In this document: positions 26,259 to 35,492 of the stretch, piece by piece
Layout: the number at the start of each line of letters is the position of its first letter
How positions within the stretch are numbered: position 1 is the stretch's first letter
Origin: an uncultured Caulobacterales bacterium
Lineage (GTDB): Bacteria; Pseudomonadota; Alphaproteobacteria; Caulobacterales; Parvularculaceae
Assembly (NCBI GenBank): GCA_964432075.1
Contig: CAYSMJ010000005.1
Span: 1 to 35,516, forward strand
DNA length: 35,516 nucleotides
Reading direction: 5' to 3'
The notes under the pieces: generated by a model
What the model saw: the letters and a program-made list of their open reading frames with translations, nothing else
What the model was told of the DNA's origin: nothing
Database searches by the model: none
Translations under genes and position numbers: made by a program

Positions 26259-27951
26259 AAATCGCCTCCTCGGGTTCAAGCGACGCCGATAGGAGAGACG
26301 GCTCGGTCACAAAACTACCGCCAATGGCCAGATAAAGCTGCACCCGGTTTCGCAGCCGCTGGCTCGTAACGGTTATATATTGGCTTTCGGCCACAATACG
26401 ACGGGTCTGTGCGTCAAGAAGGTTGAAGATATTGGTGGCACCGGAATTGTATCGCCGTTCGGTCAACTCTTGTCCGGCGAGCGCTTCTTCGTAAGCCAGC
26501 CTAAGGGCTTCTTCCCGGCCAGCAAGAATGACTTCAGCTGCCAGTGCATTTTCGGCCTCTTCATAGGCGCTCAGCACGATCTGGGCATAGTTGAAGATCG
26601 CGGCTTCAGCCTGGGCCCTTGCCCGCTTGGCATTGGCCCGAAGCCGCCCGCCCTGAAAGATCGGCTGGGCGAGCGAGGAAAACAGATTGCCCGCAAGCCG
26701 CTCGGGATCAATGACGTCAGCCAGCACCGGACCGGAGGTATTGACATTGGCAGATATCGAAAGCTGCGGCAGCAATTGTTTGCGCGCCGCGCTCGAACGA
26801 AGACCAGCCGCCTCCATCCGCGCTTCCGCAGCCAGAATATCGGGGCGCCGCGCAAGAATATCACCCGGGGCGCCGGCGCCGGCGAGCGAGGGCAGCACCG
26901 GCAACGCATCGGCCGCCGCCAACTCCGCAGACGGATACCGCCCAAGCAGAACCTCAAGCCGCCGCGAGGCCTGCTGTTCCTGTTGTTTGCGCTGCAAAAG
27001 GGTCGCCTGATCGGACGCCAGCTGCGAGCGTGACAGCCGCACATCAAGGCTCGACGCAATCCCGCGCTGATAGCGGCGCTCTGTCACACGCAGGCTGCTG
27101 GACCGTGCTTCTACGGTGCGCTCGGCAAGCTCACGTTGAAGCCTGGCTTCAATCAGATCGTACCAGCCTTGCGCGGCCTGCGTTGCCACTGACAAACGCG
27201 CGCCATCAAGATCTGCGAGGGTCGCAAAAGCTTCATTATAAGCGGCTCCGGTTTCGTCGCGGATGCGGCCCCAGACATCAAGCTCCCAGCTGATCCGGGC
27301 CGAGAGCTGGTAATTATTGATATAAATTCGACGGTTAGGAAGCGGAGTTTCCGCAAAACCGTCTCCGTCAAGGTCAAGGCCGTCAAGCCGGCCGTCGTCA
27401 TCGCGATCGATCCCAAACTGATCCTCAAGTTGGCTGGCATCCAGATTGAGGGTTCCCGCGCCGCCGCCACCACCGGCCTGAGCCGCAATGGTGGGATCGC
27501 GAACAATGGCAATTCGGCCGGCACTGCCATTCGTGTCGAGGGTCGGAAACAATCCGGCACGCGCAACCGTCACATTGGATCGCGCTGCGGCAAGGTTTGC
27601 CGCAGCGGCCTGCAGATTATTGTTATGTCTGATTGCTTCATCGATGAGGCCGCCCAGCTGCGGGTCATTAAACGAGGCGACCCAGTCGCCCTCGGGCAAC
27701 GCGCCTATTGAGCTCACCACATCGCGTATCCCCGCCGGGTCCGCCGCCGCGTCGAGAACCGCATCGTCATCCGCAAGCCGATCGGCCGCCGCCCAACGGT
27801 CCGGTGCGTCGGGGGTTTTGGCCTCAATCAGGTCCCTGTCGATACCGGCACACCCGGCCAGCGCCAGTGCAATGCCGCCCACAAGGGCAAAACGAACCAA
27901 AACGCTTGATTGTGTCACAAGATCACGCAAATGAGCCGCCCCATCGTTCAT
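26248..27951 (-). CDS. Efflux outer-membrane factor lipoprotein (NodT/TolC-like) with an Asp-rich insertion
   Basis: Lipobox LALAGC and OMF repeats (SWELDVWGRIR, RRPDILAAEARMEAA). ATG at 27951; the track start at 27954 is a TTG. Confidence 0.9.
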   Translation of the reverse strand: MNDGAAHLRDLVTQSSVLVRFALVGGIALALAGCAGIDRDLIEAKTPDAPDRWAAADRLADDDAVLDAAADPAGIRDVVSSIGALPEGDWVASFNDPQLGGLIDEAIRHNNNLQAAAANLAAARSNVTVARAGLFPTLDTNGSAGRIAIVRDPTIAAQAGGGGGAGTLNLDASQLEDQFGIDRDDDGRLDGLDLDGDGFAETPLPNRRIYINNYQLSARISWELDVWGRIRDETGAAYNEAFATLADLDGARLSVATQAAQGWYDLIEARLQRELAERTVEARSSSLRVTERRYQRGIASSLDVRLSRSQLASDQATLLQRKQQEQQASRRLEVLLGRYPSAELAAADALPVLPSLAGAGAPGDILARRPDILAAEARMEAAGLRSSAARKQLLPQLSISANVNTSGPVLADVIDPERLAGNLFSSLAQPIFQGGRLRANAKRARAQAEAAIFNYAQIVLSAYEEAENALAAEVILAGREEALRLAYEEALAGQELTERRYNSGATNIFNLLDAQTRRIVAESQYITVTSQRLRNRVQLYLAIGGSFVTEPSLLSASLEPEEAIYAP

Positions 27952-28529
27952 CAAAATCTCGTCCCGAATTTCGTTCGTTCCTCATGCGCGTTGCACCTAG
28001 TATCGGCAAGCCCGATGCGACGAAAGGTTAGAAAAGCGGGCCAACGGCAAAACTGTCGAATTGTTCCTACCCTATTGAGGGATTCATTAAATTTACGCAA
28101 AAGCGATAAAGGGTGTTCAGCGAAACGAGCACACGGGCCGCTTTTTCTCCGGATCGTAACTATAAACGCACGGCCACGGTAATAAATCGGGGTGCTGGCG
28201 CCAGAACAGTGGGCACCATCTGAAATTGAGCGCTTTTCATAGAATCGAGGGCACTCTTGATAACGCGCTTTATCGGCCCGGCGCCGATAGAAGCCGATGT
28301 CGCGGCGATCCCGGTTCCAAGCCAGAAGTCTTGCTTGCGCTCGTTTTTGTCCGCAAGTGGCACGCGTGAGAAGACAAGCGTCAAACCACTGCAAATTTTT
28401 TGTGAACTCGCTATAAATCGCGTCGCCCCCTCGCCACATCCATGCAATGCGCGCGAAACAAAGACCTGTGCTGAAGACAATCTGTTACCCATGTCTCCAG
28501 GCTGGACATCCGGGTCGGACAGGAAAAAA

Positions 28530-28619
28530 TGGCGGACAGAGAGGGATTCGAACCCTCGAGACGGTTACCCGCCTACACGCGTTCCAGGCGTGCGCCTTCG
28601 ACCACTCGGCCACCTGTCC
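28530..28619 (-). tRNA. tRNA-Ser (anticodon GGA)
   Basis: Manual fold: acceptor GGACAGG/CTGTCCG, anticodon stem CACGC/GCGTG with loop CTGGAAC, long variable arm, T arm GAGGG-TTCGAAT-CCCTC, encoded CCA. Confidence 0.9.
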
Positions 28620-28641
28620 ATTTTTTTACCCTGCCAATGGG

Positions 28642-28670
28642 TTTAACCACCAACATTGACGCCCTTGCAA
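28642..28670 (-). promoter_or_regulatory. Candidate promoter of tRNA-Ser (TTGCAA-N17-GTTAAA)
   Basis: Read on the minus strand. The -10 hexamer ends about 22 nt upstream of the mature 5' end. Confidence 0.35.
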
Positions 28671-28951
28671 GCCTGCCGCCGTGAAAGCCGACATTGCGCA
28701 TGCCCGAGACAGCCGAGCCAGAGCCGACAATCCAGACGGCTACGCCCCGGCGACAAAGCCGCCTCTTCCTGTTCGGCGACCTCAATCAACACTCATCCGG
28801 TGGCTGGAACTTTCCTTAACGCTGGCACGCTGGATGCAGGTTATAATCGCCGAAACAACACACACAAGGGGAAATCCCGCATTCTGACGGCGCGACCCCT
28901 GTCAACCGCTAGGCAACCGGGCGAAAAATCAGTAAGACGGATGTTAGGGTT

Positions 28952-29287
28952 TTGTTTTGGCGGTGTCTTGGGGGCTTTCGGCTCCGCTGGCTTTTTAATT
29001 TTGGGGCTTGGAACGTGACGATTTTTCGATTTATCGCCTGGGTTATTGTTGCGATCGCCATTGCGCTGATCGGCGCTGACGGAATTACCTCGCTGGAACA
29101 GGGCGTGCCGGTCATCCGAAGCACGGCCACCATTCTCGCCCTTTTCAATGTTGACGGCTATGCCCTGGCGCAGTCTGCACCCGGTGGGATCAGCCAGGCG
29201 CTATCCGCAGCCATGAGCCTTCCCCTATGGTCGATTTTCGGTATCGTCGGCATTGTTCTTACGCTGATTTTCCGCCCGATCGAATAG
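28952..29287 (+). CDS. Small membrane protein, hypothetical; start uncertain (TTG at 28952 or GTG at 29015)
   Basis: Two clear hydrophobic helices (FRFIAWVIVAIAIALIGA and LPLWSIFGIVGIVLTLIF). No family recognised. Confidence 0.5.
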   Translation: MFWRCLGGFRLRWLFNFGAWNVTIFRFIAWVIVAIAIALIGADGITSLEQGVPVIRSTATILALFNVDGYALAQSAPGGISQALSAAMSLPLWSIFGIVGIVLTLIFRPIE

Positions 29288-29466
29288 GTAAATCCAACGA
29301 AATGCCGTTCGGATACATCGCCGCAGCAAGGCTGCTGAGGCAAACGCCTCACATTTCTACATGATTTCCGTCGAATTCGGGAACCCTCTGAAGCCGTTGC
29401 AAGCGCAGTGGGAACCGGTTCGCGTTAAGAAAATGCGTAGGAGTGCGAAGCGTCAGATTCGAACCG

Positions 29467-31314
29467 CTACGCAACCTGCTCCACGGTCTGACGACGCCAC
29501 AGATCGGCATATAGACCCTCCCGGCGCAACAGGGATGCATGGTCTCCCTGCTCGGCGATCCTGCCGTTTTCCAGCACAAAAATGCGGTCGGCGCCGGCAA
29601 CGGTTGAAAGCCGGTGAGCGATGGAAATGGTTGTCCGCCCGCGTGTGGCCTCTGCGAGCGCCCGCTGAACCTCCTGCTCGGTTGCGGAATCGAGCGATGA
29701 GGTGGCCTCATCGAGGACAAGAAGCGGCGGGTTCTCGAGGATCGCCCGGGCAAGCCCAACCCGCTGGCGTTCCCCCCCGGAAAGCTTGAGACCGCGCTCG
29801 CCAACAACAGTGTCAAGCCCCTTCGGCAACGTCCCGACAAAAGCGGTCAGATGTGCGCGGTCAAGCGCATGGCGAATTTGCTCCTCCGTCGCTGCGGGGT
29901 TTGCATAAGCAACATTCATTCTCAGGCTGTCATTGAACAACGATACATCCTGAGGCACGAGCCCGATCGCCCGGCGCAGGCTGGTCTGGGTTACCGAGCG
30001 AAGATCCTGACCATCGATCCGGATAGCCCCGGCAGAAGGATCGTAAAACCGGAACAATAGTTTGACCAGCGTGGACTTGCCCGCTCCGGATGGACCAACA
30101 ATACCGATGAAACTGCCAGGTCCGATTTCAAAGCTGATATCGCTGACGGACACCTCCCGTCCTTCATAGGAAAAACCGACATGATCAAATTCGATCCGTC
30201 CACCACGCACTTCAAGCACTCTGGCATCAGGTGCATCCAGGATTTCCGGAACTTCATCAAGGAGGTCGTAGAGTTTTTCGACATCAACACTCGACTGTCT
30301 GATCTCACGCCAGGCGAATCCCAATATATTCAGAGGACGATAGATATTCGTCATCATCAGGATCACCGCGGTCACACCCCCGATCTCAAGTCGTCCGGCC
30401 TGTACACCGAAGCCGGCGATGATGACGGCCGCAAAAAGGCCAGCGGCCATGATAAACTCCTGGCCACCATTCATCAGGCTAAGCGACTGCGTGGATCTCA
30501 CAAACCGCGCGATATAAGTGCTCATGGCATGACCGAAACGCTGGGTTTCGCGCTGTTCCGCGGCAAAGGTTTTCACCGTTTCAAAGTTTGTGAAGGTATC
30601 CATAGTGATCGCCTTTAGCTCGGTATCAGCATCGTTCATCTCGCGGCGAAGCCGATTCCGCCATTCAGTGATAATCACCGTAAAGATTGTATAAAATAGA
30701 ACTGTCAGCACAGCGACCAGCGACAACTTCCAGCCATAAAGCGTCGCGATCACAGCCGCGGCAAGGGCAAGTTCAACAAAGGTTGGCCCGATATTGAAAA
30801 CGATAAATCGCAACAGAAATTCCATCGCACCCGAACCACGCTCAATGATCCGGTTCAACGCCCCTGCCCGCTTCGAGATATGGAATTGCAGTGACTGGCG
30901 CTGGGCATGAAGAAATGCATCCTGGGCAATGACGCGGTTCATATTCTGGGTCACACGAACAAAAAAGGCATCTCGCAGCTGCGGCAGTGCGTTTGAAGCA
31001 AACCGCATAAGCCCATAAAGGGCAAACAGGCTGATAAATCCGACGCCAGCCGATGCCAGCCAGTTGGTGCCAAAGCCCCCACCAACAGGCTTGTCCGCGA
31101 GGATGTTAATTCCACTTCCGAGAAAAACCGGTGCGGCCACCGCAAAAACCTTTGAGAGCAGCGTGACAAAAAATGCCGCACCCATCCGAAAACGCCACCG
31201 CTTTAGTTCGGGCCGCCACAAGGTACGGAGCATCCGTATGATCGTGACGCGAAATGGCACGCCCGGCACTGGCTTTTCGGTTTCCTGTCCCGGACGGCGG
31301 GCAAAGTTTCGCAT
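29467..31314 (-). CDS. ABC exporter, fused permease and ATPase (ABCB/Atm1-like)
   Basis: Six-helix TMD followed by Walker A GPSGAGKST, signature LSGGERQRV and Walker B LLVLDEATS. The start may instead be MLRTLW at 31233. Confidence 0.9.
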   Translation of the reverse strand: MRNFARRPGQETEKPVPGVPFRVTIIRMLRTLWRPELKRWRFRMGAAFFVTLLSKVFAVAAPVFLGSGINILADKPVGGGFGTNWLASAGVGFISLFALYGLMRFASNALPQLRDAFFVRVTQNMNRVIAQDAFLHAQRQSLQFHISKRAGALNRIIERGSGAMEFLLRFIVFNIGPTFVELALAAAVIATLYGWKLSLVAVLTVLFYTIFTVIITEWRNRLRREMNDADTELKAITMDTFTNFETVKTFAAEQRETQRFGHAMSTYIARFVRSTQSLSLMNGGQEFIMAAGLFAAVIIAGFGVQAGRLEIGGVTAVILMMTNIYRPLNILGFAWREIRQSSVDVEKLYDLLDEVPEILDAPDARVLEVRGGRIEFDHVGFSYEGREVSVSDISFEIGPGSFIGIVGPSGAGKSTLVKLLFRFYDPSAGAIRIDGQDLRSVTQTSLRRAIGLVPQDVSLFNDSLRMNVAYANPAATEEQIRHALDRAHLTAFVGTLPKGLDTVVGERGLKLSGGERQRVGLARAILENPPLLVLDEATSSLDSATEQEVQRALAEATRGRTTISIAHRLSTVAGADRIFVLENGRIAEQGDHASLLRREGLYADLWRRQTVEQVA

Positions 31315-31319
31315 GGGCT

Positions 31320-34271
31320 TCAGGCCATCTCGGCAAGTCGCTCGCGCGCGGCCTCCAGCTTTTCAAGCTGGTCAGCGAGCGTCTTGAGCCGGGTCTTGTT
31401 CTCCTCGACGACCAAAGCCGGTGCCTTCTCAACAAATGCGGAATTGGCAAGCCGTCCCTCAATCCCTGCGACTTCCTTCGAGACCTTGGCGGTTTCCTTT
31501 TCCAGTCGCGCCTGCTCCGCCTCCACGTCAAGGACACCGGCAAGCGGTATGGCGAAAACGGTTCCTTCGTGCACGATCTGCACAGCTCCTTTCGGCGCAC
31601 TCCCCGAATCTTCAATCATTGCAAGCCGCGCAAGCTTTTTGATCATCTCGCCATGGCGGCCAAAACAACGATCGGCAACCGGATCATCGCCAATCATCAC
31701 CAGAGGGACCTTCGCGCCGGCGGGAATATTGATCTCTGCACGCGCCACCCGGATCGCGGTAATCAACCCGACGACCCATGCCATTTCCGTTTCCGCCGCA
31801 TCATCCTTAAGGGCTGCCGCAGTTTCGGGCCAAGGCGAAACGATCAGATGGGTATCGCGTTTGGCCAGCCGGCCCCAGAGTTCTTCTGTTATGAAAGGCA
31901 TGAAGGGGTGAAGGATCTTGAGAATGTGGTCGAGCACCCATGCAGCGGTCTGGCGGGTTTCTGCTTTTCTTTTTTCATCCGTTCCCTGAAAAAGAGGTTT
32001 TGCAAGCTCAAGATACCAATCGCAGAAAACATTCCAGACAAACCGATAAGCCGCACCCGCCGCATCATTGAAACGGTAGGCAACAAGCCCCTCCTCCACG
32101 GCTTCTATACAGCTGACCGTTTCATGGACAATCCAGCGGTTAACCACATCCTCCGCAGACGCGGGATCAAAGGTTGGATTCACCTGGCAATCATTCATCT
32201 GGCAGAAACGGGCAGCGTTCCACAGCTTGGTTCCGAAATTCCGGTACCCTTCAACGCGGCCTTTTGACATGCGAATATTACGGCCCTGTGCGGCAAGAGC
32301 AGCCAGCGTGATCCGCAGGGCGTCTGCCCCGTATTTGTCGATCAATGACAGGGGGTCGATGACATTGCCCTTCGATTTTGACATCTTTGCGCCATGTTCG
32401 TCCAGAACGAGCGCATGGATATAGACATCCCTGAACGGAACGCTATCCATGAAGTGCAGTCCCTGCATCATCATCCGGGCAACCCAGAAAAAGATAATAT
32501 CAAAAGCCGTAACAAGAACCGTCGTTGGGTAATGTGCCTTTAGTTCTGGCGTTTCATCCGGCCAGCCCAGCGTCGAAAAGGGCCACAGCGCCGATGAAAA
32601 CCATGTATCAAGAACATCTTCATCCCGAATAATCACGGGCTCGCGTTTTCCGGCACTTTTCCGATCAAGAAAATCAGCACTATCGATAGCAATTTTTGGG
32701 CGTTCATGGTAATAGTCGGTTGCTTGACGGATAGCGTCTTCTTCAGTCTCGGCGACAAAAATCTCATGTTCGCCTGGCAGATAATCATTGCCATCAAGTT
32801 TCGGGCCATACCAGGCGGGAATGCGATGTCCCCACCAGAGCTGGCGGGAGACACACCAGGGTTCAATGTTGCGCATCCACTGAAAATAGGTCTTTGACCA
32901 GTTGTCCGGGATAAACCGGGTCCGGCCATCTTCAACCGCCGCGATTGCATCCTTTGCCAGTTCTTCGGCGTTGACAAACCACTGGTCGGTCAACATCGGT
33001 TCAATCACAACGCCCGAACGGTCGCCAAAGGGCTGCATGATTTTCTTGTCTTCGACCTTGATCATAAGCCCTTCGGCGTCAATGTCAGAGACAACGGCCT
33101 TGCGCGCCTCAAAGCGATCCATACCGCGATATTTATCCGGGACAAGATTAATCAGGTCGACCTGGGTAGCATTTGGCGTCCCTCCTGCCTCGCGGATGGC
33201 CCTGGCCTTCTTCGCTTCTTGCGCATAAGGCGCACCGTCCGCTCGCATCGCGCCGGCCCAGTCCATCAGCCGGTACATGGGAATATTGCACCGCCGCGCC
33301 ACCTGATAATCATTGAAATCGTGGGCACCCGTAATTTTCACGGCACCGGAGCCAAATTCCGGATCCGGATAATCATCGGTAATAATCGGTATCAGCCGGC
33401 GATGTTCCTTTGGCCCGACGGGGATTTCGCAAAGCTTTCCGACTATCGGGGCGTAACGTTTGTCCGATGGGTGAACGGCAACCGCGCCGTCGCCGAGCAT
33501 GGTTTCCGGCCGCGTGGTGGCAATCGAGATGTAATCGCGGGTCTCCCACCGGGTGGGCTTGCCATCCTCATCAAACGCGATGGGAAACTCGTACGTCTCA
33601 CCATCAGCCAACGGATATTTGAAATGCCAGAAATGGCCGTCGCGCTCTTCGTTGACAACCTCAAGGTCGGAAATTGCCGTCTGAAACTTCGGGTCCCAGT
33701 TGACAATACGTTTATCGCGATAGACCAGCCCCTCCTGATACAGACCGACAAATACCTTGACGACGGCGCGCGACAGGCCCTCATCCATGGTGAAACGCTC
33801 TCGCGACCAGTCGCAGGACGCCCCCAGCCGGCGATCCTGATTGAGGATCATCCCGCCGGACTGCTCCTTCCAGGCCCAGACCTTTTCGACAAATTTCTCC
33901 CGCCCAATCTCGGTCCGGCGTGGTTCCTGGCGTTCCATCATCTGGCGTTCGACCACCATCTGGGTGGCAATACCCGCATGGTCGGTGCCCGGTTGCCACA
34001 GAACGGATTTGCCGCGCATGCGTTCAAACCGGCAGAGGATATCCTGCAGCGTGTGGTTGAGCGCATGGCCCATATGCAAACTGCCAGTCACGTTCGGCGG
34101 GGGGATCACGATTGTATACGGCTCGGCGCCTTCAGCTTTGGACGGCTTGAACGCGCCGCTGTCTTCCCAGGCTGTATAAAGACGGGTTTCTGCCGCGTTG
34201 AAATCAAAGGTCTTGTCGAGACCTTGCGCTTGTTCTCGCCCAGCGTCGTGCGGCTGCGTTTCCTCTGCCAT
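31320..34271 (-). CDS. valS: Valine--tRNA ligase
   Basis: PPPNVTGSLHMGHAL (HIGH-type), KMSKSKGN (KMSKS) and a C-terminal coiled coil. The ATG at 34271 has a GAGG RBS; an upstream ATG at 34301 is also possible. Confidence 0.95.
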   Translation of the reverse strand: MAEETQPHDAGREQAQGLDKTFDFNAAETRLYTAWEDSGAFKPSKAEGAEPYTIVIPPPNVTGSLHMGHALNHTLQDILCRFERMRGKSVLWQPGTDHAGIATQMVVERQMMERQEPRRTEIGREKFVEKVWAWKEQSGGMILNQDRRLGASCDWSRERFTMDEGLSRAVVKVFVGLYQEGLVYRDKRIVNWDPKFQTAISDLEVVNEERDGHFWHFKYPLADGETYEFPIAFDEDGKPTRWETRDYISIATTRPETMLGDGAVAVHPSDKRYAPIVGKLCEIPVGPKEHRRLIPIITDDYPDPEFGSGAVKITGAHDFNDYQVARRCNIPMYRLMDWAGAMRADGAPYAQEAKKARAIREAGGTPNATQVDLINLVPDKYRGMDRFEARKAVVSDIDAEGLMIKVEDKKIMQPFGDRSGVVIEPMLTDQWFVNAEELAKDAIAAVEDGRTRFIPDNWSKTYFQWMRNIEPWCVSRQLWWGHRIPAWYGPKLDGNDYLPGEHEIFVAETEEDAIRQATDYYHERPKIAIDSADFLDRKSAGKREPVIIRDEDVLDTWFSSALWPFSTLGWPDETPELKAHYPTTVLVTAFDIIFFWVARMMMQGLHFMDSVPFRDVYIHALVLDEHGAKMSKSKGNVIDPLSLIDKYGADALRITLAALAAQGRNIRMSKGRVEGYRNFGTKLWNAARFCQMNDCQVNPTFDPASAEDVVNRWIVHETVSCIEAVEEGLVAYRFNDAAGAAYRFVWNVFCDWYLELAKPLFQGTDEKRKAETRQTAAWVLDHILKILHPFMPFITEELWGRLAKRDTHLIVSPWPETAAALKDDAAETEMAWVVGLITAIRVARAEINIPAGAKVPLVMIGDDPVADRCFGRHGEMIKKLARLAMIEDSGSAPKGAVQIVHEGTVFAIPLAGVLDVEAEQARLEKETAKVSKEVAGIEGRLANSAFVEKAPALVVEENKTRLKTLADQLEKLEAARERLAEMA

Positions 34272-34471
34272 AATCCTCAAACCTTGTTGCCCTGACGTCA
34301 TTTTGCGGGCGAATGTGAGGACTTAGCCGATGTATCAAACGAGTAAAGGGTTTGCAGGGACGCGATCAGGCGAAATGCGATTTGGCCCACCTGCCCCGAG
34401 TTTGCATTCGCCTGCTGTCGTTCACCTGTCGCTTGTCAGCCGGCCGACACAACGCGTATGAGTTTACGGGT

Positions 34472-34879
34472 TCAAGCCGCCCAGGCGCAAATGGCCGTTC
34501 CATCACAGGCTGGTTCGAGCCGCCGAATGAGTTCGTCGGCCCCGACCGGGGTCACGATCCATTGCGCGGCACGCATAGCCGCTTCGTCGTCGCCGCGATG
34601 AAGGTTTTCGACAATATTCAAAAGAGAGCATTCATGCGGTGTCAGCCTTGTCTCGTCCCGTCCAAAGCGGATCGGCCGACGGGCATGACGGCGTAAGGTC
34701 TCCGCGCATCGAACCATTGCCCAGCTCAGAACCCGCCCGGTTGCGCGACCCGGTTGATCCGCCAGCTCGTGTTCGATGGCTTGTTTTCGGTCTTCATCGC
34801 CAGAGAACCAGGCTCGGAGGAATGCGATAGCGGGGGCAACAGCTCGATCATCGTTCATGCGATTTATTTTGCGTATCAT
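34472..34879 (-). CDS. Hypothetical protein (135 aa)
   Basis: Balanced, helical-looking composition. The antisense ORF 34352..34696 looks non-coding by comparison. No family recognised. Confidence 0.5.
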   Translation of the reverse strand: MIRKINRMNDDRAVAPAIAFLRAWFSGDEDRKQAIEHELADQPGRATGRVLSWAMVRCAETLRRHARRPIRFGRDETRLTPHECSLLNIVENLHRGDDEAAMRAAQWIVTPVGADELIRRLEPACDGTAICAWAA

Positions 34880-34926
34880 TCTTAACTTTTCAAGATCCAG
34901 CGCTAAAAATTCTTCCTGTCACGCAA

Positions 34927-34954
34927 GAAAAAAGCGCATCCGGCTGGATGCGCT
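34927..34954 (-). terminator. Intrinsic terminator of the small Cys-rich gene
   Basis: Minus strand: AGCGCATCC-AGCC-GGATGCGCT followed by T6, about 35 nt downstream of the stop at 34989. Confidence 0.8.
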
Positions 34955-34988
34955 TTGATCAAAATCAAGTTTTCCTGGCGAAATGACC

Positions 34989-35159
34989 TCAGGCGGCTTT
35001 TTCGTCGGCTTTTTTCTCGTCTTTTTTATACTCGCCGCACCAGTCTGAGGCGGCAACGGTTGGCCATTTGGCTTTTGTCGCATCATCACCTGGCTGGGGC
35101 GCGTAGCGACGGCACTCATTACCCGTGTCGTTGAAAAACATGCAGCTTTGACAGTCCAT
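34989..35159 (-). CDS. Small Cys-rich hypothetical protein (56 aa, lysine-rich tail)
   Basis: MDCQSCMFFNDTGNECRRYAP...DWCGEYKKDEKKADEKAA has four Cys arranged CxxC...C...C. It has its own terminator. The start is placed at MDCQSC rather than the track start at 35225. Confidence 0.55.
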   Translation of the reverse strand: MDCQSCMFFNDTGNECRRYAPQPGDDATKAKWPTVAASDWCGEYKKDEKKADEKAA

Positions 35160-35344
35160 GATGAAATTCCTTTTCGCTAAGGCGTTACGTTTATGTAACT
35201 GAACTTGGTACGCGTGAAAAGCCATAGGGTTCAGTTTTTTCTCGAAAAAACAATAGCTTGCGACTGATTTGCAGAAACGGTTGCACCTACCGTGTGCGAA
35301 TGAAAACGTTGATCAGAAACAGGCTCGGCGCGACCCGAATCCAT

Positions 35345-35373
35345 TTGACAAACAAGCGCTGACTTTCTATTCC
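35345..35373 (+). promoter_or_regulatory. Candidate sigma-70 promoter of tRNA-Leu (TTGACA-N17-TATTCC)
   Basis: Consensus -35 hexamer with exact 17-nt spacing. The -10 hexamer ends 32 nt upstream of the tRNA 5' end. Confidence 0.5.
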
Positions 35374-35405
35374 CGCGCTTCGCTCGCACTTGCTGCTGGC
35401 GAAAG

Positions 35406-35492
35406 GCCCAGATGGCGGAATTGGTAGACGCGCCAGCTTCAGGTGCTGGTGTCCGTATGGACGTGGAGGTTCGAGTCCTCTTCTGGGCACCA
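35406..35492 (+). tRNA. tRNA-Leu (anticodon CAG)
   Basis: Acceptor GCCCAGA/TCTGGGC, anticodon stem CCAGC/GCTGG with loop TTCAGGT, long variable arm, T arm GGAGG-TTCGAGT-CCTCT, encoded CCA. Confidence 0.9.

Noticed and set aside
21789-27934. Numerous plus-strand ORFs inside the efflux operon (for example 21789..22472, 23557..24057, 24373..24942, 25218..25814, 26380..27033, 27488..27934)
   Set aside because: All are antisense to the strongly supported RND, MFP and OMF genes. Their products are Arg/Ser/Pro-rich.
29412-29421. Perfect 10-bp palindrome GAACCGGTTC between the converging membrane-protein and ABC genes
   Set aside because: It is short enough to occur by chance, has no T-run or partner site, and gives no functional inference.
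29440-29470. GATTCGAACC 10-mer resembling a tRNA T-arm, considered as a possible tRNA fragment or att remnant
   Set aside because: The flanking bases (GTCAG / CCGCT) cannot form a T stem, no acceptor stem is present, and the sequence overlaps the ABC transporter stop codon.
29349-29840. ORFs 29349..29840 (minus strand) and 29361..29789 (plus strand)
   Set aside because: They overlap the ATPase domain of the ABC exporter in other frames and their composition is Arg/Pro-rich.
31254-34295. Long plus-strand ORFs 31254..32267 (337 aa), 31384..31911 and 33219..34295 (358 aa)
   Set aside because: They lie antisense within valS, whose identity is unambiguous (HIGH and KMSKS motifs). Their translations are Arg/Pro/Gly-rich and low in complexity, typical of shadow ORFs.
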